Positions 55,201-64,000 of a stretch of DNA of 64,000 nucleotides are shown here, in pieces. Every line of letters starts with the position of its first letter. The first letter of the stretch is position 1. The position numbers and the translations under genes are program-made. The stretch is from Camelus dromedarius (taxonomy: Eukaryota): NCBI RefSeq assembly GCF_036321535.1, contig NC_087445.1, positions 78,058,001 to 78,122,000 on the forward strand. The letters are read 5' to 3'. Under the pieces are notes generated by a model. The model ran no database searches. It saw only the letters and a program-made list of their open reading frames with translations, and was not told where the DNA came from.

Positions 55201-58200
55201 TTTAACTTTTTATCCAAGTCCAACGTGCACAGAGATCGCAAGGAAAGCCCCCCCGGTGTGGGTGCGGGGCGGCAACCGACAGCCCCTCGCATCGCAGGTG
55301 GGACCGCAGGACGTCCCACTGTTGAAAGCTGTGCTGAGGCGCACGTGAGGTCCGAGCCCCAAAGCTGAGGCGTATGCGCACCCCGGCTGGTCCCGGAGAC
55401 GCAGGAAGGCAGTTTTCAGCAAGCACCGGGGCCTCTTAAACCTCAGGGGCACCTGTGTGACCAGGGCGCTGTCCCTGGGCGGTCTGCTCACAGCACATCT
55501 GCCCTTGGAGCCCCACGGAGTGGCCGGGGCGTCATGCTGGCCGCCTGGGCAACACAGGGAGCTCCCAACTCTTGCGGCTCAGCTCCATGAGCCCTTGTTG
55601 GTCATTGGCTGGCTGAATGGGGCCACAAGGCTGAAGGGGCAGCCCTCCGTGGTGACGTTCCCTGCTCAGGGGTCTGCTTACTTCCTGCAGCGGGAGACGC
55701 TGCTGCGGCAGCTGGAGACAAACCAGCTGGACATCGACGCCACGCTGGAGGAGCTGTCGGTGCAGCAGGAGACGGAGGACCAGAACTACGACATGTACGT
55801 CAGCCCCAGGGGCCTGCCCTTGGAGGTTAGACCTGCAGGCAGGGCTCTGCCGGAAAGGTGGCAAGTGTGCCCTGGGGGCCAGGCTGGAGGTCCTGAGCCT
55901 GGGTCTGTGCCTAGCCGGAGAGCAGTGGGAATGCCGCCCAGCCCGGGTAGCTCCCTCCGTTGGGATGAGTCGTGCTGCTTAAAGAGATCCGGTTGTTTCA
56001 GCCTTGGATGTGGCCTCCACCCCATGGGAGGGGAGGGGGTGAGGGTGGCCCTTGCTGTGCGCCCTGCCTGCAGCCCTTCCTTGAGAAGCAGATCCTGGGC
56101 TCCTGCTGACTCTCCCTGAGGCTGGGGGCAGGGCAGACCCCCAGGTCCCGCTACCCCTGCCCACCGAGCGCTTTGCTGCCGTGATTGGGTGTAACTGGGG
56201 CACAGTGAGACCCTCAGGCCACCAGAAACAGTTTTGCAGCCGCTGCCCCCAGGTAGCCACCTGGCTGGGGGTGGGGGTGCGGGCACGGGGGCCCGATGCA
56301 GACACTGACACTCCGATTGCCTGCCTCCAACCGTCCTCTGTCCAGACCAGCCTCGCCTGCTGGCCACCCAGCATGTGGTGTGGGGAGCCGCTGACCCAAG
56401 CCGTATGTCCACCCGAGGCCCCAGCAAGGCCAGCTGCCCTGACATTTTCCAGCCGAGGCCTCATCCCTAGTTTGACCGCAGTTCCCCGGACTGACGCCAG
56501 TGTAGAGACCTCCAGGACCTCGGGAGGGAGCTAAACCTCTGGTCCTTGGCAGGAGGGAGGGAGGGAGGGCGCGTTGTCCTGGCTGTGCCTGCACACTTCC
56601 AGCAGGACGCCCGGAGCAGGTGGCAGCCCGTCTGTGCTGCAGCTCCTAGCAGAAGCACTCACTTCTAGGGGGAAGTTATAACCCCGAACTACCGTTAAAA
56701 ACAGGTGTTTCCTTTGTTCTGTTGAATTACCTAGATGTCAGAGCTGAGGGTGGGGGGCAAGCTGCTTCCCCACCTGTGCTCCTGGCCTGGGGCCCAGCCA
56801 GGCAGGGCCTTCAGGTCTCCCCAGAGCCAGCTTCAGCTGTTGGTTCTGGAACAGCGAGAGAGGGAGTGGCAGGAGTCACTCTGGGGGAGGGTGTTTTCAG
56901 CCACTCTGGCTGCCAGGATGGCCCTGGCGGGGTACCAGGTCTCTGCCTGAGACCTTGGACACCTGGTGCCACTGAGCACGTGGTCCCTGGGGAGATGGCA
57001 GGGACCTCTAGAGGCTCGCCTGCCCATAGCCAGCCTCCAGGGGCTAGGCCATTGGAAGAAAGCAGTGCTGTTGGGGACTCGGCAGGGGTGTCGCCATGAT
57101 CCGCACTTACAAGGTCTCCATCCCAGAACTTGTTTGAAAGCTCCCCTCAGGCCTAGGTAACAAATGGGGGTAAAGCCTGCCACACACACGCACACACGCA
57201 CACCTCCCCCCTCCCCTCCCAGGACACCCCTTCTTCGTGTTGCCAGTGCCTGTGCCTAAAGAGCAGCCAGGACACCCAGCCAGTCTGCATGTGCACGGTC
57301 ACTCCCCAGCCAGCCGGTCTGCGTGTGCACGGTCACCCCAGCCTGGGGTGCCCCAGGGCTTGCCCTGGGGCTTGTTCTCGGCCAGCCTGTGCTGGGAAAC
57401 CTTGAAAGGCAGGCAGAGGCCTCTGGTTGTGGGGAGGGGCTCTGAGCCTGAGGGCGGGGACCTCATCACCATCAGCACCCCAACAGAAGCCTCCGAGGAG
57501 CCGCAGAGGAAGAGATGCAGGGAAGGCGGCTTTCTCACCCCTTGCCCTGTTTCCCCTCAGCTTCCTTGAGATGATGGAGGCACGCAGCCGTGGCCATGTG
57601 TCCCCGCTAGCCACCAACGGGCAGAGCCCGTCCTCGGGCTCCCAGTCCCCTGTGGTGCCTCCAAGCGCAGTGTCCACGGGGAGCTCCAGTCCCAGCACGC
57701 CCCAGCCGGCACCACAGCCGCCCATCCACGCCCCCTCGGCCTGCCCGTCACCCCCTTCCCCCTCGGAGGCCCCACTGCCCCCCGCACACCCCGTGGCCCC
57801 CGCCCCACCTCCACGGCGCAGCATTATCTCGCGGCTGTTTGGGACCACGCCAGCCGCCGAGGCAGCCCCTCTGCCCCCAGGTAGGCCCTGGGAGCAGCCC
57901 TGGGAGGTGAGTGCAGGCATCCCAGGTGGGGAGCGGCACTGTGTCCCTGGTCCCAGAGCCTTCGCGGACTGGGAAAGGGTCCCCCTTCTTCCTCCTGGGT
58001 GAGCAGCCCCACACCACCCTGCTCATGGCCCAGCCCTGTGAGCTCCCCCTGGGACCGCCCGGCTTCGGTGGGCACTGAGCGAGTGCTGGTGTCTGGTCCA
58101 CAGAGCCAGTCCCAGCTGCGGAGGCCCCAGCAAGAGTCCAGAACGTGGAGGATTTTATTCCTGAAGATGGCCTTGACCGCAGCTTCCTGGAGGACACAGG

Positions 58201-61200
58201 CCCCCCGAAGGACGAGAAGAAAGCGGGAGCCAAGGCCCCACCAGACAGTGACAGGTCAGGGCAGGGCCTTGGCTGCGGGCCCTGCTGCCTTTCCTGGTGT
58301 TGGACAAGCAGAGTGGGCAGGCGCCCCGCAGCCCAGCGCTGCCTCCGGGCCTTGGGAGCAAAAGCAGGGCTAGGGGAGTTGGGGAGCTGAGGGAAGGCTT
58401 GGGCGGGGGACACCAGCTGGCCCAGGACTGCTGGCCATGGGCCGGGCCTCGAGGTTCTGTGAGCCTGACGCCTGCAAGGGGGGCAGGGATCCCAGCCACA
58501 GTCTGACTGCAGTTCAGAGAACATCAGGCCAGCCCAGGACACAGCAGTCTCATCGCAGCTCCTGGGCGTGGGGACTCGGTCCCGCTGCCTGTGGGCTGCC
58601 TGTCAGCACTCTTCCCCCCCCCTCCCCGCCGAGGTCTCAGGCTGCTGCCACTTGAGAGCCTGGCAAGGTGAGAGCAGGAGCGCCGGGGCCAGGTTTTCTC
58701 TCCAGGCGGTGGCCAGTCAGGGCGGGAGAGAGCCTTAGGCCTGGAGTCTGGTGTCAGTTCCTGGGCCTGCTGGCCCCCCGCCTGCACACTCTCCCTGCAT
58801 AGCCAGGCCCCGGTCAGCCCTGCTCCGCGCATCCCCACCCTCACCGTCTCTCTAGAGATGCACCGTGCTCCTCCCCTAGAGCCCGTCACCACCTGTGGGG
58901 CCCACACCCTTCACCCCACCACCTTGCAGGATGGCACCCACTTCAGATGTCCACAGTGCCCAGTGGGTGTCTCTATCCCTCTCCTTGGCCCCACTTTGTG
59001 CCTCCTCCCCCACTCACCTCTGTGCTGCAGCTCTGCTGCTGCAATGCGGGGGGGTCCATCCCCAGGACCACCCTCAAATGGGGTCCCCCTTCGCTGTGAC
59101 CAGATGAACGTGAGCACCCAGGGCGGAGGCAGCCCCACATTTGGTGCCAGAGGTGCCAGAGGTCAGGATAGGCATTCTGTCACCTCCTCGTGACCTCTGC
59201 CCACCCTGCCCTCCTTTGCAGCGATGAGGAGGCCCCAGGCGGAAACCCCATGGTAGCAGGTTTCCAGGATGACGTGGACCTTGAAGACCAGCCCCCAGGC
59301 AGGCTCCAGCCGCCCATGGGCTCCCTCCCTAGGGAACACATTGCTCTGTCCAGTGAGGAGGAAGCAGAGGAGGAGGCAGGGCACCCCAAGGCCACTGTGC
59401 TGGCCCCCAAGAAGTGCTCTGAGCCAGAGACCAAGCCGTAAGTTGGGGATCAGGCAAGGGGCGCCCTGGGGGCAGAGGGCTGGGCTCGTGACCCCCGTTT
59501 GTCCCGCAGGTCCTCCACCAAGGCTTCGAGGCCACACAGGGGCACAGCTCCCGGGGCTGCAGAGCCCCGCTGGCCAGGTGGCACCGAAGCCCCCACCGAG
59601 GGTACCTCCCAAGGGCGCGAGGAGGGGAAGGACCAGCAGGTGGCATCGTCAGAGAGTGACCCTGAAGGGCCCATCGCCGCCCAGATGCTGTCCTTCGTCA
59701 TGGATGACCCTGACTTTGAGAGCGACTCAGATGCCCAGCGGAGAGTGGTGAGGACCGACCTTGGTGCCCACTGCCTCAAAGCCCAGGAAAAGTGCCGGGG
59801 GGCAGAAAGTGAAAGTATGAGAATGCAGTGGGGGTCTCGCAGAGCTAAAGCTGAAGTCAGCCTGTGTGACCCCAGAGGGGCTCTGTATGCCAGGCCAAGC
59901 CTATCATCTTGGCGTCGCCATGGTGTCATAGCCGCCACTCTCAGGCCATCATCACTCTAGACGGGTTCATGACGGTGCTCGGCACCTGCTGGAGAAACAA
60001 GGGGGCTGCCCTGAGGGGTCCAGAGACAGCTGCTGGGGGCATGGCGGCCAACCTGCCTGCTCCTCCTTTCAGGGTGAGTTCCCAGTGCGAGAGGACCTCT
60101 CAGATGTGACGGACGAGGAAGGCATCCCTGCCCAGCCACCCCTGCCCCTAAAGGCCCCCGTCCCCTCCTTCAGACTGAAGAATGACTCAGATCTCTTCGG
60201 GTTGGGGCTGGAGGAGACAGGCCCCAAGGAGAGCAGCGAGGAAGGTAGCCGGGGCGGGACACTTGCCCTCCTCCCTCCCTCCCCATCCTGCTGCGGGGGG
60301 CGCATTGCTTACCCCTTACCTGTCCCGTAGTGCCTGGGGCCCCAGAGCACAGGAGCGAGGCCAGAAGCCCCGTCCCAGGCTCTCCTCAGTCCTGCCTGGG
60401 GTCCAGCTGTATTCAGATGACATCCCAGACTTTCGGGGTCACAAGGCTGCAGGCCAGGACCAGGCTGAAAGATGGGCAGCTGGGGGCTGCTGTCGTAGTG
60501 GCCCTGCAGGAGGCATTTGGGGGTGTAGGCAGTGCTGCCACAAGCTGGCTGAGAGCCTCTCTGTGCCCTCAGGCCGGGCCTGCGTTTGTGGCCCTCCGTG
60601 GAAGAAGCTGGCGTGGTCTCCAGGCCTGATGAGCACATGTGGCTTGTGTGGCCCTGGCCAGCTCCACGGCTCCCTGGCCCCACCCCCGCCTCCACCTTGG
60701 GCTGCTTGAGCCCAGCAGTGTCACCTGGAGCATGTACTGGAACTTCCTCGTCCCCGTGATGGAGAGAAGGGGACCTTCCCAGGCTTGTCCTGGTGCTGAA
60801 GTGCCTGCCTGTCTTCAGGAGGGGCCCCGCGGCCTTAGTAGCCCCACCCAGGCCCGGGGCAGAGGCCTCTGCCGGCCTGCCCACTGCAGGCTGGAGCCCA
60901 GGCCTCCCATCCCACACCAGTCCGGAGGCCTGGGGGGGGGACCTGGCTTCCCACACGGGGAGCTGACATCGCTCTTACCCGTGCAGATAAGGAGGGCAAG
61001 CCTCCCTCGAAGGAGAAGAAGAAAAAGAAGAAGAAGAGCAGAGAGGTACCTGCGCCCCCCCGAGCCCTCGCCGGCGTCGCCCGGCAGCGTGGGGTGCAGG
61101 GCCGGCCGTCTCCCCGGCGCCCGCGTGACTCTGCGCTGTGCCCCTCCCACCAGCAGGCGGAAGAAGAGGCCGCCAAGAAGAAGAGCAAGCACAAGAGGAG

Positions 61201-61354
61201 CAAGGACAAGACGGACGGCGGGGAGGAGCGGCGGCGGCGGCGGCGGCGGCCGCGGGGCCCGGAGAGGACGGCGGTGGGCGAGCTGGAGGCCTGCCTGGGG
61301 GGCGGAGCCCCGGGCAGCCCCCTGCGCGGGGGCGGCGACTACGAGGAGCTCTAG
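40208..61354 (+). CDS. RABL6: Rab-like protein 6 (RBEL1/PARF), about 721 aa
   Basis: 15 exons: 40208-40337, 48473-48607, 50088-50135, 50703-50755, 51527-51618, 53503-53643, 54159-54264, 55691-55794, 57561-57880, 58104-58254, 59222-59437, 59510-59747, 60073-60244, 60987-61045 and 61154(or 61157)-61354. Shows the P-loop GDRNTGKT, G3 WDVVDKG, G4-like GNYRD, a Pro/Ser-rich middle, Lys-rich tracts and the C-terminus GGGDYEEL*. Confidence 0.97.
43378..43515 (-). mobile_element. L1 3' terminus, reverse orientation
   Basis: 'tttattgagttatagtcagtttacaatgttgtgtcaacttttggtgtacagcaca...tattcttttttcacc' is the reverse complement of the element type at 10712-10860. Confidence 0.85.
43700..46850 (+). mobile_element. 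Long, highly decayed L1 (ORF1/ORF2 remnants) in RABL6 intron 1
   Basis: Purine-rich + strand with ORF2-like relics ('aaacttaaaaatattttaagtaatttacaggtcaaagaag', 'cataaaattcaactcatcc'). No intact ORF; limits are uncertain. Confidence 0.55.
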
Positions 61355-61803
61355 GCCTGGCCGCCCGGGGCGACACGCCCACTCCGTGTGTGCTGGGGGC
61401 GCTGGGCCTGCCTGCTCTGCGGGCAGCTGGCCCCCAGCGCTTCTCAGGGACGGGACTGAGGCCTGCGAGGCCTGCGAGGCTGTTTACAGGGGTGGGGCGC
61501 TGTCCTCGTCGCCCGCCCACCCCTGCTTGCCGCCGCCGGCCGCACACGCTCACCCAGGCCTGCTGCATGCGGGTGGCCTCCGCTTGCTGCTGTGGCTCGG
61601 CCAGGGCTGCAGACCAGCAGCACCCCCGGACCCTCAGGGCACCTGCGTGCAGACACTGAGCAGCGCTGGCGCCTGTCCTGGGGGAGGGTCTTCCCGGAAC
61701 CGGTGTCCAGCTTTGCACCTGCCCCTGAGCTTGGGCACATGCACAGGCCGAGCTGGGAGCCCCTCCACACTCGTTTCCTTCCATTCTCCTTCAACACTTG
61801 GAC

Positions 61804-61809
61804 CATAAA
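61804..61809 (+). terminator. Probable RABL6 variant polyadenylation signal CATAAA
   Basis: I saw no AATAAA or ATTAAA in the stretch after the stop codon. CATAAA is followed by a CA and a GT-rich tract (gtctgtgtgtg). Confidence 0.5.
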
Positions 61810-63039
61810 GCTCTCCTGTTTCACTGCGCGTCTGTGTGTGCTCCCTGCTGCTGGGGCCCCGCCTGCATGGGAGGTCCGCTGCCCCTAGCCCCAGGCACGT
61901 GGGTAGCCAGGAAGGCCCTTGAGCTCCCTGCCTTGGGGCCACAGACCCCTCTTCTCTGAGGGGTGACTATCCTCACGGGTAGGAGGCCTTAAGCAGTCCA
62001 GTCCCCTCACATGCCATATGCCATCCAGCCTGGCCCAGCCCTCTGAGGCCAGGTGGGCGACCCTGCTCTGCTGGCCTCTGGCAGGGCCTACCCTGTCCCA
62101 GCCACCTCTCTGCTCCTACCTGACACCCAGTCCAGCAGGCACCCCCCCCCCCAGCTGCCAGCAGGGCCCTACCCCACCCCCCCATCCATAGGTGCTGTGA
62201 GAACTACCCCCTCCGAGGGCAGGCTGACTGCCAGCAGGGCCGAGAGATGGGCTGGTGGGCAGGCCTCCACCCCCGCGTCCCGGAAGCCTCCCCTTCCCTA
62301 ATTCCTGTGCCTAGAGAGCCCACACTGGGGGCAGCAGGGTGGCAGTCAGTGGGCAGGTGCTAGGGGTCAGGCACCACACTGATACCTAGGGCACTCCCTT
62401 TAGTCCACAGCCTGTGAAGTCGACTATCCTTGTCCCCCCCCACGCCCCCCCGGTGTGGCGACCAGACCGACCTGAAATGAACTTACCAGGCCACTCATCT
62501 AATGGGCCTCCCGTGCTCTGGTCTCGCCCTTTGGAGCCTCCCTGCCCAGCTAGTGTCTCCTGGCTCAGCACCTTGTTTGGGAGGGGACTGCAGGAAGGGT
62601 GTTGCTATGCAGTTTGAGTGAGCCACGTGCAGACCGGCCGGACGTTGAATGCAGGGAGCGCAGAAGTGTGCCCTTGCTCGCGAGAAGCTGAGCATACTGG
62701 GGACAGGTGGCTGCTGGCATGCAGGCCGGGCCCGTCTGGCCCGTTACCTGGGGAGTGTTTGGCACTTCCAACACTGAAGCACAGAGGCCAGCAGGGCGGG
62801 AAGCGGCCCATCTGCTCCTGCCTGGGCTGAGCCCAGGCGTGAATTCCGGGAGCGTTCCCGCAACGCGAGTCGGGGCTTGGTCCTCCTCCAAGGCTGGCCA
62901 GGCCGCCAGCTGCCCTGGAGCAGGTGTCTTGGAGGTGGGGGCTGGTAGGACAGGTCGGGTGCTCCCTGGACACAGGTCCCCCTAGTTACACCTAGGCCTG
63001 CACCTTGTGCGTGAAAAGAGCCTGTCACCCAGCGCCCAG

Positions 63040-63264
63040 CACAGCCCGAACCTGCCGCCAGCGGGCCACACGGGTCAGGCCCACGGCGCGGCCCCTTTAA
63101 GTGCAGTCCTGCCGGCCGCCATCGGGGGCAGCACCGAGCGGCCCGGCGGCCTCGCGCCGCTGCCTCGAAGCTTCTGCCGGTGCCGGGGACGCGGCGAAGT
63201 GGGGGACGGCGGAGCGCGCGCCGGCCTGAGCAGCCCACCGGGCGCGGTGGGGAGCACCGCCCAG
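63040..63264 (+). promoter_or_regulatory. CpG-island promoter and non-coding first exon of the next gene (AJM1/C9orf172 by synteny)
   Basis: CpG-rich, with TATA-like TTTAAG at 63096-63101 and a strong donor CAG|GTAAGG after 63264. The identity rests only on the human gene order RABL6-AJM1; no coding sequence is seen. Confidence 0.55.
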
Positions 63265-64000
63265 GTAAGGGGTCCGGGGCAGTTGCCCATCGCATCCTTC
63301 GCGGGTGGGGCACCCGCAGGGATGCGGGTGCTGCCCCGAGAGGACGCGGGCAGGTCTGCACCCGGGCTCTCCCGGAGCCAGGGACGGCCTGCGCGGCAGG
63401 GAAGGCCACCCGCGGGGCTCATTAGGCCCAGGACCCCGGCGGGGGTGGACCTTCCCATCCCATCCCCACGGGAAGGGGTGTCGCCCAGTCTAGCTCCTCA
63501 CCGCAGCAGCATCAAGGCCGGGCTGTCACCTCCCTGGGGCGGAGCCTCAAGCCCTGTCATCCAGCCCCCAATTCCGGCCTGGCTTTGAGCTTAGGATGGA
63601 AGTGGGTGGGAGGGTGATGGTCCTGGGAACCAGGAATAGTTGAGGGGATAGGCTGGGAACTGGGATGGGGACAGACACTGGGCCAGGGTGGCCCTGACTG
63701 GGCAGGGCAGCCCTGCCAGCAGGAAGCCCCTTGCACACCTGGGACACAGAGGATCATCCAGACCAGAGGTCCTGCCAGCTGAGGGTCCAGCTCTCCGCTT
63801 TCCCCATCTCACCCTGGAGCATGCTCCCCCAGACGGTGGGAGGGGCAGGGGACCCTGCTTCCACTGACTGAGCCCCCCTCCCCAGCCTCTCCAGGCTCCT
63901 GGCATCACAGAGAAGCTGGTGGTCCAAGTCTGAATGTGAGCCTGGCTGGGAGGGGCGGATCCGAGCCCAGCCCGCAGGCGGGGGCGTGGAACCTCAGGTT

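Noticed and set aside
60639-61808. 389-aa plus-strand ORF overlapping the RABL6 3' end in another frame
   Set aside because: It is a shifted reading of Lys/Glu-rich exons and GC-rich UTR, with no independent promoter or domain evidence.

Overview
This is GC-rich mammalian genomic DNA, not prokaryotic. Four tRNA-derived SINEs resemble the camelid vic-1 family, so the source is probably alpaca, llama or camel. The window is syntenic with human 9q34.3. Minus strand: the epididymal lipocalin cluster LCN15, LCN8, LCN6 and LCN10 (LCN10 runs off the left edge after exon 4). Plus strand: TMEM141 (5 coding exons, 108 aa), CCDC183 (14 exons, 534 aa), RABL6 (15 exons, about 721 aa) and a CpG-rich first exon that is probably AJM1/C9orf172 by synteny. 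I traced the exons by hand using GT/AG boundaries and phases, and all complete genes read through without frameshift. Protein comparisons are from memory of mammalian orthologues; no alignment was run. Interspersed repeats include MLT1, L1, L2, MIR, a solo ERV LTR with a 4-bp TSD, and several minisatellites. Most of the supplied ORF track is GC-content noise. I found no CRISPR array, no RNA gene and no clearly new multi-gene system. The best leads are regulatory or splicing-level: phase-compatible LCN8/LCN6/LCN10 fusions, a full-length LCN6, an androgen response element, CTCF motifs between the lipocalin genes, two strong-Kozak RABL6 uORFs and a GAG splice acceptor.
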